Of a DNA stretch of 64,000 nt, positions 1-9,487 are shown piece by piece; position 1 is the first letter of the stretch; each line of letters opens with the position of its first letter. The position numbers and the translations under genes are program-made. A model generated the notes under the pieces. The model was given only the letters and a program-made list of their open reading frames with translations, did no database searches and was not told where the DNA came from. Source of the stretch: Campylobacterota bacterium (GTDB lineage: Bacteria; Campylobacterota; Campylobacteria; Campylobacterales; Sulfurimonadaceae); contig JBDLJE010000003.1 of assembly GCA_039714575.1 (NCBI GenBank), positions 294-64,293 of the forward strand. Reading direction: 5' to 3'.

Positions 1-3000
1 TTTGAAACTACTGTTGAGAGTGGCAGTTCAAGTTCTGGAGGTAGCAGTAGTAGTGGGGGAAACAGTACCGTTACAGATCGCTATACCCTACCGACCTCTA
101 GTGGTTGTTCCCCTGCAATGAGCTGTGGTTGTATGGAGTGTGAATACTTTATTGTTCCATATCTTGGGCAAGTTATTAAGGGGCCGCTTAGCGGAGCAGA
201 TATCTCACTTTTCAGTGCAGAGGGTTATCGTTTAAGCAGTGCTTTGTACAGTGGTAAAACAAGCGAGGGTACTGAGTTGTACACCGCCGGACTGCTTAAT
301 ATCCCTGACACACTTGTTGAAACACTAATTGATGATGAACTTTACATTCTTGAAGTCAGTGGAGGAATAGATATCGATCGTGATGACGACATGCTTGTTG
401 ATAGTACGTTCACGCAAAACAATTCGACCCTTCATGCCGTGTTAAGTGGAGCAGACCTCAAGGCTGTTAAGCCAAAAGTCTCAATTTTAACGGAAATAGC
501 GTATCAGATCGTACATGATGCTTTAATGGATGGAGATGATGCACAGAGTATTTTTACAACTTTGGATGATGTTGCAACACGGTTACTGATAACTAAAATA
601 TACCCTAGCTCTCCCGACCCCTTGAATCATGTTGACTTAGTTCATTGGTTACCGACGATAGATAAAGAGATCCTCTTTACCGATTACAATACAAAAATTC
701 TGCCGATCATTGACAAACTCCAACAAAATATACCGATCTATCAAGATGCATACGATGTTGTCTATTATCCTGATGGCGTTACACCAGTATTGCAAAGTGC
801 TCTATTTAATGTTCCGGAAAATGCTGCTGTCGGAACAACAATAGGACAGGTAGCAGTACTTAATGAAGGGGCATCATCAGTGGTTAACATGACACTGTTT
901 GGTGAAGGAAGTGAAGCTTTTAGTATAGATAGTAATGGGCTCATAAAAAGTGTCCTTCAGCTTGATTATGAAACAAAACAGCTTTATTCACTTTATGTAC
1001 GTGCTCAAAACGCTAATGGCTACAGCCGTTATACTGCCTTGTACATAGAAGTTGATGATGTGGTTGATGCACCGTATGCCGTCTCTTTTGTACCTGAGAT
1101 ACTTTATTCAAATGCAGCCGTCGGCTCAAAAGCAGCTCAAGTTGTTTTTGATCAAGGCTCAAGTGCCATTACTTCCATAGAACTAATCGGAACAGAGGGT
1201 GAATACTTTAGTATTGACAATAACGGTAACATCATGACTGCAAAACTCTTAGAAGACTTTTTTGTAAAAAAAGCTTATCGTTTTGACGTGGTTGCTACAA
1301 ACAGTTCGGGTAATAGCAAACCTATTACAGTGATTATCAACGTTGCTGACAGACGTGACATTCCGCAGCTTAGTCCTTTGTCGGCTAATGTCGATGAGAA
1401 TGCATTAGCAGATACTGTTGTTGCAAAAGTACCGATTATCAGTGATGGCGATAGTCCTATCATCTCCTATGCCCTGAGTGATAATTTGCAATTTGTGATC
1501 GATAACAACGGAACTATTCGTGTCGCACCGGATGCAGGTCTGGACTATGAGTCACAACAGCAGTGGAACCTTAGTGTTACAGCGTCAAATATAATTGGCG
1601 ATAGCCATCCACAGAACGTAACGATAACTATAAATAATGTTCCCGATGTTCTACCTACCTTACATGACGTCAATGTCAGTATAAACAAAGAGACAGCTGT
1701 GGGTACTGTTGTTGCCAATGTTCTTCAACACAAAGGCGATAGCTCAATTACTTCATTTACACTTTCACCAGGTTCGCTGTTTAACATTGATTTGTTAGGT
1801 GATATACGTCTGGAAAGTTCTTTAATGGAACAGGGTGAAGAACATTTTACACTACAAGCCAGTGCAACGAACAGTTTTGGCGAGAGCGAAAGTGTAGATG
1901 TAAATATAACACTTATCGTCGTTCCGGTAGTAAGTGACTTCTCAGCAACAACGTTTGATAACACGTCGGCTGGAACAATAATTGGTAAGATCAGCATAGT
2001 CGGTAATGGGAATCCTATCGAGTCTGTTACACTTAGTGGTGATGGCAGTAGTGATTTTTATGTGGATCTCAATGGTACGCTAAAAGTTGCAGACGGTGTG
2101 ACTATAACTGCAGCTAAACAAGAATTTTATCAGATGCTTGTAACGGTTAATAGTTCGTATGATGCAAGTGTGCAAATTGATGTTTTAGATCGGATAATTG
2201 GGTCGGTTGATACACCAAGTATTGCATGGGATGTGACCCTTTCATTTGATGGTACCAAGGCCTTTGTGGCTGATTCCTCTTCAGGCTTACAGATCATAGA
2301 TGTCAATGATCCAAAGGTGCCTATACTCATTAGTTCAGTTGATACACCTGGTACCGCATGTTCTGTAATCCTTTCTACCGACGGTACTAAGGCCTTTGTG
2401 GCTGACTACTCTTCAGGCTTACAGATCATAGATATCAGTGTTCCAACAGCACCTTTGATTATCGGTTCGGTTGATACACCAAGTATTGCATGGGATGTGA
2501 CCCTTTCATTTGATGGTACCAAGGCCTTTGTGGCTGATGGTTATTCAGGTTTGCAGATCATAGACGTCAGTGATCTAACAGCCCCTTTGATTATCGGTTC
2601 GGTTGATACACCAAGTATTGCATTGGATGTGACCCTTTCATTTGATGGTACCAAGGCCTTTGTAGCTGATTCCTCTTCAGGCTTACAGATCATAGATATC
2701 AGTGATCCAACAGCCCCTTTGATTATTGGTTCGGTTGATACACCAAGTTATGCATGGGATGTGACCTTATCTGCCGATGGTATCAAAGCCTTTGTGGCTG
2801 ACGGTTATTCAGGTTTGCAGATCATAGATGTTAGTGATCCAATTGCTCCAGCGATTATTGGTTCAGTCGATACGCCGGATCAGGCAAGAGCTGTTACTCT
2901 TTCTACAGATGGGACAAAGGCGTTTATGGCTGACTATTATTCAGGTTTGCAGATAATAGATGTTAGTGATCCAACACTGCCTATGATCATTAGTTCAGTG

Positions 3001-4602
3001 AATACACCGAGTACTGCTGCTGGTGGTGTCATTCTTTCTGATGATGGGACAACGGCGTTTGTGGCTGACGGGAACTCAGGCTTACAGATCATAAATGTTG
3101 ATGGTATAGAGGTTATGGAAAAAGTGCCTGGAATTTTAGGGTTCTCTACAGTTATGGAAGAAAACAGTACGATAGGGATGATGGTAGGACATGTGAAAAT
3201 TTACTATACTGGAAAGAATGGTATTACCTCCTTTAAGCTTTTAGGAGAGGGTGCGGATGATTTTTCTATAGATGAAAATGGTATTGTCATACTCCAGCAT
3301 GAACTTAATTATAGTTCACAAAGTCTTTATCAACTTAAAGCTATTGCAACAAACAGTATTGGCGATAGAGAAGTTGATGTCGTTATTCGTATTCACTCTA
3401 TTCCAGAGTTACAAGATTTTGTAGGTGAAGTCAATAGTATGGCTGTAGAAGGAACTTATGTTGGGCAAATAGATATGTGGATAGATGATAATACTACTAT
3501 CACAGATATTGCATTAATAGATGAAGGGTCAGAGAACTTTGTATTAAATAACGATGGAAAAATCTATATAGATACTGGAGCTGATTTACATCATTTTGTT
3601 ACACCCCAATTTAACCTAACTGCTATTGCAACCAATCAATATGGTAGTAGTAATGAAGTGAATGTGACAATTATTGTTTTGGAAAGAATTAGTTCTTTTA
3701 AAATAGATGGCATCGATGCAGGTAGTATTGCCCTTTGTAAAAATAGCTCTAGATTACTTGTCTCTGATTTTGGAGTAGGCTTTATGAGTGTTGATTTCAC
3801 TGATCTCACCACTCCATACTTGATGAAATTAGTAAATTCACCACGTTATATTACTGATATTATTCTATCTGCTGATGAAACAAAAGCATTTTTAACTGAT
3901 CAAAAATCTGGTTTACAGATTGTCGATATCAGTAACCCATGGTTACCATTTGTTATCGGCTCAGTCAATACTCCAAATTATACATTTGGTGTTACTCTTT
4001 CAGCAGACGAAACTAAAGCATTTGTTGCTGATGGTGATTCGGGATTACTAATTATTGATGTCAGTGATCCAACTGCTTCTTATATAATCGGCTCAGTCGA
4101 CACTCCTGGTGTAGCAAGCGATATTACCCTTTCTCTTGATGAGACGAAAGCCTTTATTGCTGATGGAAAGTCAGGTTTAGTAATCATCGATATCAGTGAT
4201 CCAACTGTTCCAGTTATCATCGGCTTAGTCGATACACCTGGTTATGCAAGGGATGTTGCCCTTTCCATCGATGAGACAAAGGCATTTGTCGCTGATTATG
4301 ATTCAGGACTACAAATTATTGATATTAGTAATCTAGCCAACTTTACAATTGTTGGCTCGATTAATACGCCAGGTTATGCAGTTGATGTTATTGTATCAAT
4401 AGGTGGTGGAAAGGTATTTCTTGCCGATAATCAATCAGGATTACAGATTATTAATATTAGTAATCCAACTGTTCCAGTTATCATCGGCTTAGTCGATACA
4501 CCTGGTTATGCAAGGGATGTTGCCCTTTCCATCGATGAGACAAAGGCATTTGTCGCTGATGCTAATTCAGGTTTACAGATTATTGATTTAACTGGGCTAT
4601 AG
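1..4602 (+). CDS. Giant secreted/surface protein with cadherin-like repeats and two LVIVD beta-propeller repeat blocks; the 5' end runs off the window
   Basis: Frame 1 is open from nt 1 (FETTVESGSSSSGGSSSSGG...), so the ATG at 118 is probably internal. There are at least 7 modules of about 100 aa with a cadherin-like pattern (VPENAAVGTTIGQV ... FSIDSNG ... LDYE ... Y.L.V.A.N..G.S). Two runs of 44-aa units match the LVIVD repeat pattern (DVTLS.DGTKAFVAD..SGLQIIDVSDP..P.IIGSVDTP), at roughly nt 2200-3100 and 3790-4602. Confidence 0.8.
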   Translation, partial: FETTVESGSSSSGGSSSSGGNSTVTDRYTLPTSSGCSPAMSCGCMECEYFIVPYLGQVIKGPLSGADISLFSAEGYRLSSALYSGKTSEGTELYTAGLLNIPDTLVETLIDDELYILEVSGGIDIDRDDDMLVDSTFTQNNSTLHAVLSGADLKAVKPKVSILTEIAYQIVHDALMDGDDAQSIFTTLDDVATRLLITKIYPSSPDPLNHVDLVHWLPTIDKEILFTDYNTKILPIIDKLQQNIPIYQDAYDVVYYPDGVTPVLQSALFNVPENAAVGTTIGQVAVLNEGASSVVNMTLFGEGSEAFSIDSNGLIKSVLQLDYETKQLYSLYVRAQNANGYSRYTALYIEVDDVVDAPYAVSFVPEILYSNAAVGSKAAQVVFDQGSSAITSIELIGTEGEYFSIDNNGNIMTAKLLEDFFVKKAYRFDVVATNSSGNSKPITVIINVADRRDIPQLSPLSANVDENALADTVVAKVPIISDGDSPIISYALSDNLQFVIDNNGTIRVAPDAGLDYESQQQWNLSVTASNIIGDSHPQNVTITINNVPDVLPTLHDVNVSINKETAVGTVVANVLQHKGDSSITSFTLSPGSLFNIDLLGDIRLESSLMEQGEEHFTLQASATNSFGESESVDVNITLIVVPVVSDFSATTFDNTSAGTIIGKISIVGNGNPIESVTLSGDGSSDFYVDLNGTLKVADGVTITAAKQEFYQMLVTVNSSYDASVQIDVLDRIIGSVDTPSIAWDVTLSFDGTKAFVADSSSGLQIIDVNDPKVPILISSVDTPGTACSVILSTDGTKAFVADYSSGLQIIDISVPTAPLIIGSVDTPSIAWDVTLSFDGTKAFVADGYSGLQIIDVSDLTAPLIIGSVDTPSIALDVTLSFDGTKAFVADSSSGLQIIDISDPTAPLIIGSVDTPSYAWDVTLSADGIKAFVADGYSGLQIIDVSDPIAPAIIGSVDTPDQARAVTLSTDGTKAFMADYYSGLQIIDVSDPTLPMIISSVNTPSTAAGGVILSDDGTTAFVADGNSGLQIINVDGIEVMEKVPGILGFSTVMEENSTIGMMVGHVKIYYTGKNGITSFKLLGEGADDFSIDENGIVILQHELNYSSQSLYQLKAIATNSIGDREVDVVIRIHSIPELQDFVGEVNSMAVEGTYVGQIDMWIDDNTTITDIALIDEGSENFVLNNDGKIYIDTGADLHHFVTPQFNLTAIATNQYGSSNEVNVTIIVLERISSFKIDGIDAGSIALCKNSSRLLVSDFGVGFMSVDFTDLTTPYLMKLVNSPRYITDIILSADETKAFLTDQKSGLQIVDISNPWLPFVIGSVNTPNYTFGVTLSADETKAFVADGDSGLLIIDVSDPTASYIIGSVDTPGVASDITLSLDETKAFIADGKSGLVIIDISDPTVPVIIGLVDTPGYARDVALSIDETKAFVADYDSGLQIIDISNLANFTIVGSINTPGYAVDVIVSIGGGKVFLADNQSGLQIINISNPTVPVIIGLVDTPGYARDVALSIDETKAFVADANSGLQIIDLTGL
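2203..2538 (+). repeat. Perfect 72-bp direct repeat pair (2203-2274 and 2467-2538) inside LVIVD block 1
   Basis: A letter-by-letter comparison shows both copies read tcggttgatacaccaagtattgcatgggatgtgaccctttcatttgatggtaccaaggcctttgtggctgat. The offset is 264 bp, which equals two 44-aa units. A third copy with 2 mismatches lies about 132 bp further on. Confidence 0.9.
4201..4560 (+). repeat. Perfect 96-bp direct repeat pair (4201-4296 and 4465-4560) inside LVIVD block 2
   Basis: Both copies read ccaactgttccagttatcatcggcttagtcgatacacctggttatgcaagggatgttgccctttccatcgatgagacaaaggcatttgtcgctgat. The offset is again 264 bp. Both encode PTVPVIIGLVDTPGYARDVALSIDETKAFVAD. Confidence 0.9.
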
Positions 4603-4610
4603 TAGATCAA

Positions 4611-4629
4611 AATATGATTATTTCATATT
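4611..4629 (+). terminator. Weak AT-only hairpin downstream of the adhesin gene
   Basis: The stem is aatatga/tcatatt with loop ttatt, followed by aattttatt. There is no GC in the stem, so this is tentative. Confidence 0.25.
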
Positions 4630-4797
4630 AATTTTATTAAAGAATATTAATATGTTAAAGTTCTGTTATATTAAAGAAATGTTATGAATGATGTAAGTGC
4701 AAAAATGATTTAAAATTGACTATGTCAAGTATAATACATCAACGTGTTCATAAAGTATGTTTAGGCATAATTACGCCACTAAAAATAGGGTTAGAGC

Positions 4798-5907
4798 ATG
4801 GAATGTAAACACTTTGGTCAATGTGGCAGCTGCCGTCTTTATGAGGGCGGTTATGAGACTCAGCATAAAACGAAAACAGAGGACATTGTCTCACTGTTTG
4901 ATGAGCTTTACGGTGATGATATAACACCGTTTTACTCATCTGACAGCCATTACAGAGCCCGCGCCGAATTTAAGATCTGGCATATCGGTGATGAGATCCA
5001 TTATGCGATGAACCCGATGGAACGCGGGGCGAAGATGGTGTTGATCGAAGAGTGTCCGATGGTGACCCGGCCGATCGAAAAACTGATGTGGCCGCTGATC
5101 GTTAGTATTAAAGAACTTGCAATGGACTTTAAACTGTTTGGTCTTGATTTTTTAAGCAGTTTTGATGGAGAGATCGCTATCTCTATGCTCTATCACCGAA
5201 AACTGGACGAAGCGTGGCAAGTTCAGGCAAATGCACTGGCAGAGAAACATAACATCAAGGTCATCGGCCGTTCACGCAAGCAGAAGGTGGTCCTGGGTGA
5301 GGACTTTGTCACTGAGACCTTGAACATCAATGACAAGACCTATAAGTTCAGACACATCGAGAACAGCTTTACGCAGCCCAACCCGCGTGTCAATGAGAAG
5401 ATGGTGGGCTGGTCTCTTGAGCAGTTCAAGGGCATTACGGGCGACCTGCTCGAACTCTACTGCGGGGCAGGTAACTTCACCATCCCCTTTGCAACACAGT
5501 TCCATAAGGTCCTGGCAACCGAGATCTCAAAGTCCTCTATCAATGCGGCGAAGAAAAACATGGAGCTCAACGGTGTAGAGAACATCGAGTTCGTTCGCAT
5601 GAGCGCCGAAGAGTTCGTACAGGCGCTTGACGGCGTGCGTGAGTTTAGACGTATGAAAGAGATCGACCTTAAAAGTTATGAACTGACTACCATCTTTGTC
5701 GATCCGCCGCGTGCGGGAATGGATGAGGAGTCCTGCGGTTTTGCCTCACGCTTTGAACATATACTCTATATATCATGCAACCCTGAGACCCTCAAACGCG
5801 ACCTGGAACACCTGACTAAAACACATACTATAGAGACCATGGCGACCTTCGATCAGTTTCCCTATACAACACATATGGAGATGGGTGTTAAACTGATTAG
5901 GCGTTAG
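4798..5907 (+). CDS. trmA: tRNA (uracil54-C5)-methyltransferase, TrmA type
   Basis: The N-terminus is MECKHFGQCGSC. It carries a SAM-binding LELYCGAGNFT motif, DPPRAG, and the nucleophile motif YISCNP. It is 369 aa. Confidence 0.85.
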   Translation: MECKHFGQCGSCRLYEGGYETQHKTKTEDIVSLFDELYGDDITPFYSSDSHYRARAEFKIWHIGDEIHYAMNPMERGAKMVLIEECPMVTRPIEKLMWPLIVSIKELAMDFKLFGLDFLSSFDGEIAISMLYHRKLDEAWQVQANALAEKHNIKVIGRSRKQKVVLGEDFVTETLNINDKTYKFRHIENSFTQPNPRVNEKMVGWSLEQFKGITGDLLELYCGAGNFTIPFATQFHKVLATEISKSSINAAKKNMELNGVENIEFVRMSAEEFVQALDGVREFRRMKEIDLKSYELTTIFVDPPRAGMDEESCGFASRFEHILYISCNPETLKRDLEHLTKTHTIETMATFDQFPYTTHMEMGVKLIRR

Positions 5908-5915
5908 TGTAACAG

Positions 5916-5948
5916 AAGAGAGGTCAGATTGAAATGGACCTCTTTTTC
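5916..5948 (+). terminator. Rho-independent terminator of trmA
   Basis: The stem agaggtc (5919-5925) pairs with gacctct (5937-5943), with an 11-nt loop followed by a TTTTT run. It lies about 10 nt after the trmA stop. Confidence 0.65.
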
Positions 5949-6047
5949 TCATCTTTTTTATTAATATAAATTGTTGCTTTTTAAATCCTATCTCGCTATA
6001 CTAATTATGTAATCAATGTTTTTACGAGTATTAGAAAGGGAGTATCT

Positions 6048-7808
6048 GTGTCCAGTTTTTTGATCAAACAGTTAATGTCCCTGCCTCCCCGACAATTTTT
6101 AGATATCTTTGACTCTCTTTTTAATGAGGCGACGGAAGGTATTATGATCGAAGATGCCGATCGAACCGTTATTGCCGTCAACCGGAACATGCTCCGTTTT
6201 TTGGGGATGGATGAAGAAGACGTTATCGGACAGAACTCGTCAACTCTGGCTTATTCCATTGGTGAAAGCTGCTATGCGACCATTGACAACGGTATTCGCA
6301 GCGAGGGTGCTTGGCGCGGCGAACTTGAGATCATGGCAAAAGAGGGCGGAAATAAACTTGCCTGGGTTTCAGTGGATGCTATTGTGCAAGACGGTGCACT
6401 GATAAACAATGTCATCATGGTGACGGACATCTCGGAGATCAAACAATCACGTCAACAGCTTGAACACATTGCAACACATGACACATTGACCGACTTGCCT
6501 AACCGTGTTCTGCTTTATGATCGGCTTGACGTCTCAATAAAACGGGTTCAACGTTCTGACTCCTTAGGTGCCGTGATCTTTCTGAACATAGACAATTTTA
6601 AAGACGTCAATGACAATTTTGGCCATGCTTACGGGGATGAACTGCTGAAGATCTGTGCCGATATGCTGACGTTGACCCTGCGTTCCAAAGACACGGTCGG
6701 TCGTCTTGGCGGGGATGAGTTTTTGATCATCATCGATGAGTTTTACGCGCTCGAGGATATTGAAGGGGTGGCAAAAAAGTTACTGGCACTGTTCGATCAG
6801 CTTATTAAAGTACGTGATGTAGAGTTTGATCTATCGGTAAGTATGGGTATCTCTGTCTATCCCTATAGCGGGACTGAAGTCGAAAAACTGATCAACGAAG
6901 CGGATATTGCGATGTCCCATGTTAAACAGATGGGTCGCAACAACTACGGGTTCTATTCGCCTGAACTTTCTGAACAGTCGCATGAGATCTTTCGTGTGGG
7001 AAGAGGCATCAAACAGGCGCTTCGCAATGACAGCTTTTATATGGTCTATCAGCCTCAACTCTCGCTAAGCAGTGGAAACCTTATGGGTGTCGAGGCACTT
7101 TTGCGCTGCAGAGAGAGTTGTCTGGAAGAGACCAGTATTGAAGGTCTCATCGAGGTTGCAGAGAAAAGTTCGATGATCATAGAGATGGGTAAACGCATAT
7201 TTGAACTGGTCTGCGAACAGATCAGCATTTGGAACAGGCAAGGGTATCCCTCCTGTCTTGTTGCCGTTAACCTTTCGCGTCGCCAGTTAAGTGACAGAAG
7301 GCTGGTAGAGATGGTGCAAGAGACGGTTGAACGTTACGGTGTTACCGTTGATCAGATAGAGTTTGAGATCACGGAGAGTTCCCTGATCCAGAGTCACGTC
7401 CTTGCGCAGGAGAATATGCAGAGACTTCGCGAGCTTGGCTTCTGTTTTTCTATAGATGATTTTGGAACAGGTTATTCGTCACTTTCTAACCTGAGAAACT
7501 TCTCTCTTGACAAACTGAAGATCGATCGAAGTTTTATAAGTGAACTGGAAAAGAACCGGCATGACCGGATCATCGTCGAAGCGACGATCAACATGGCTAA
7601 GAGCCTTGGGCTTGTTGTTTTGGCTGAGGGTGTGGAGACGGAAGCTCAAGCCGAGATACTGCGCTCTTTTGGCTGTGATCAGATGCAGGGGTATCTCTTC
7701 AGCAAACCCATATCGGCCAAAGCCTTTGAGACCTTGAAGGTCCATGAGCGTTCTCCATCACGTGTTCAGAACGTCAGAGAACAAGAAGCCGTTAACTACG
7801 CACCGTAG
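6048..7808 (+). CDS. PAS-GGDEF-EAL c-di-GMP signalling protein
   Basis: It has a GTG start with an aagggag SD. The PAS-like N-terminus reads GIMIEDADRTVIAVNRNMLRFLGMDEEDVIGQ. The GGDEF motif is RLGGDEFLII. EAL-domain motifs are EFEITES, DDFGTGYSSL and QGYLFSKP. Confidence 0.9.
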   Translation: MSSFLIKQLMSLPPRQFLDIFDSLFNEATEGIMIEDADRTVIAVNRNMLRFLGMDEEDVIGQNSSTLAYSIGESCYATIDNGIRSEGAWRGELEIMAKEGGNKLAWVSVDAIVQDGALINNVIMVTDISEIKQSRQQLEHIATHDTLTDLPNRVLLYDRLDVSIKRVQRSDSLGAVIFLNIDNFKDVNDNFGHAYGDELLKICADMLTLTLRSKDTVGRLGGDEFLIIIDEFYALEDIEGVAKKLLALFDQLIKVRDVEFDLSVSMGISVYPYSGTEVEKLINEADIAMSHVKQMGRNNYGFYSPELSEQSHEIFRVGRGIKQALRNDSFYMVYQPQLSLSSGNLMGVEALLRCRESCLEETSIEGLIEVAEKSSMIIEMGKRIFELVCEQISIWNRQGYPSCLVAVNLSRRQLSDRRLVEMVQETVERYGVTVDQIEFEITESSLIQSHVLAQENMQRLRELGFCFSIDDFGTGYSSLSNLRNFSLDKLKIDRSFISELEKNRHDRIIVEATINMAKSLGLVVLAEGVETEAQAEILRSFGCDQMQGYLFSKPISAKAFETLKVHERSPSRVQNVREQEAVNYAP

Positions 7809-8695
7809 ACCAAGGCTTTATCATCCTCTTTTAGATATTCGCTCTGCAGGGTGACATGGGTAATAGCATAGTTGTTTTTGATCTTCTCTTCGATCGTTTC
7901 ACAAACGCGTGTCACCTCTTCAAGCGGCAAGTTCTCTCTAAAGTCAAGATGGGCTTCAAAAAAGACTTCATGGTCGTTCAGCTGCCAGATATGAATATGG
8001 TGGATGTTGCTTAACTCTGCATGCCCCCTCGCCAGGTTTTCAATGCTTTCAAGATCTATATGCGGCGGAGAAAACTGCATTAAGATACCGGTCGACTCTT
8101 TCAAGATCGCAAAAGCGGCATAGATCAGATAGAACGCGATCAACATCGATACGAGCGGATCGATCCAGAAGAGCTCATAGTAGTACATCGCAAGGCCTCC
8201 GATCAAAACGGCGACAGAGGTCATGACGTCGGTAAGCAGGTGGAGATAGGCAGAACGGACGTTTATGTTGTGCTCAGAATCCTCTTTAATCAGCAGTACA
8301 CTGGCTGCGTTGAGAACAATACTCAAGAGGGCAAGACCGATGACAATGAGGCTGCCCACCGGTTCAGGTGTGAAAAAACGCTCGACAGCTTCGACGATAA
8401 GGAAAAAGCCGATACCGATCAGTACGGCAGCGTCAAAAAATGCAGCTAATATCTCTGCACGTTTATAGCCAAAGGTCTTTGTGCGCGTCGGCGAACGTCG
8501 TGCCATGCGGTTGGTCACATAGGTAACAATAAGCGTAATGACATCACTGAAGTTGTGCAGCGCGTCACTTAAGAGCGCAAGCGAGCCGGAGTAGATACCG
8601 CCGATGATCTGTGCGAGGGTGATGATGATGTTTAAGATGATCGTGATAAAGAGCCGTCCGCCTTTGACTTCGTGGTGATGATGATGTCCGCTCAC
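7796..8695 (-). CDS. Cation diffusion facilitator (CzcD/ZitB-like) metal efflux protein
   Basis: It has a His-rich N-terminus (MSGHHHHHE), six hydrophobic helices, the motifs LLSDALHNFSD and HLLTDV, and a cytoplasmic C-terminal domain with HHIHIWQL. Its 3' end overlaps the convergent GGDEF-EAL gene by 13 nt. Confidence 0.85.
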   Translation of the reverse strand: MSGHHHHHEVKGGRLFITIILNIIITLAQIIGGIYSGSLALLSDALHNFSDVITLIVTYVTNRMARRSPTRTKTFGYKRAEILAAFFDAAVLIGIGFFLIVEAVERFFTPEPVGSLIVIGLALLSIVLNAASVLLIKEDSEHNINVRSAYLHLLTDVMTSVAVLIGGLAMYYYELFWIDPLVSMLIAFYLIYAAFAILKESTGILMQFSPPHIDLESIENLARGHAELSNIHHIHIWQLNDHEVFFEAHLDFRENLPLEEVTRVCETIEEKIKNNYAITHVTLQSEYLKEDDKALVYGA

Positions 8696-8797
8696 GCCAT
8701 ATCCTTATATTTTATTATTATTGATCTAAATTAGGGTGACATTTTAGATTATTCTATATAATAACTAGAATGCGTTGAAAAATCGACTAAAAGGGCA

Positions 8798-9487
8798 GTG
8801 ATGTTAAAAAATGAGAATGTATCTAAAGTCTATAAGATGGGCGAGGTCGATCTGACCGTCATTAAAGATCTAAGCCTGAGTATCGACGACGGTGAATTTG
8901 TTGCCATCGTCGGGCCCAGCGGAAGCGGAAAGAGCACCGTCCTCAATATCCTCGGCTGTCTTGACAAGCCGACAGAGGGGAAGGTCACTGTCGAAGATAT
9001 TGATGTGACAGAGCTTAACCGAACCGAGCTGGCACACTTCAGGGGTGAGAAGATCGGGTTTATCTTTCAGAGCTTCAACCTTATTCCCGTGCTCTCTGTC
9101 TATGAGAACATCGAGTACCCGCTTATTATGATCCAAAACCTCCCGCAGGCAGAACGCCATGAACGGATCATGCAGCTGCTTGAAGATGTCGATATGCTTG
9201 ACCAGAAAGATAAGTTTCCTGACCAGCTCTCCGGCGGTCAGCGTCAGCGCGTCGCTATAGCGAGAGCCTTGGTCACAAAACCGAAGATCGTCTTTGCGGA
9301 CGAACCGACAGCAAACCTTGACACCAAGACATCACAGCAGATCATCGAGTTGATGCGCAGTATTCAACAAGAGTTCAACACCACCTTTATCTTTGCGACC
9401 CATGACGAGAAGATCGTTACGGCGGTTGACCGCATCATCACCCTGGTCGATGGTGAGATCACTGATGACAGGAGGGTGGCGTCATGA
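8798..9487 (+). CDS. ABC transporter ATP-binding protein (LolD/MacB family)
   Basis: Walker A is GPSGSGKST, the signature motif is LSGGQRQR, and Walker B is IVFADEPT. Confidence 0.9.
   Translation: MMLKNENVSKVYKMGEVDLTVIKDLSLSIDDGEFVAIVGPSGSGKSTVLNILGCLDKPTEGKVTVEDIDVTELNRTELAHFRGEKIGFIFQSFNLIPVLSVYENIEYPLIMIQNLPQAERHERIMQLLEDVDMLDQKDKFPDQLSGGQRQRVAIARALVTKPKIVFADEPTANLDTKTSQQIIELMRSIQQEFNTTFIFATHDEKIVTAVDRIITLVDGEITDDRRVAS

Noticed and set aside
2200-4602. Regularly spaced repeats that might suggest a CRISPR array
   Set aside because: The 132-bp periodicity is in-frame coding sequence for 44-aa LVIVD units. There are no short conserved repeats with unique spacers and no cas genes.
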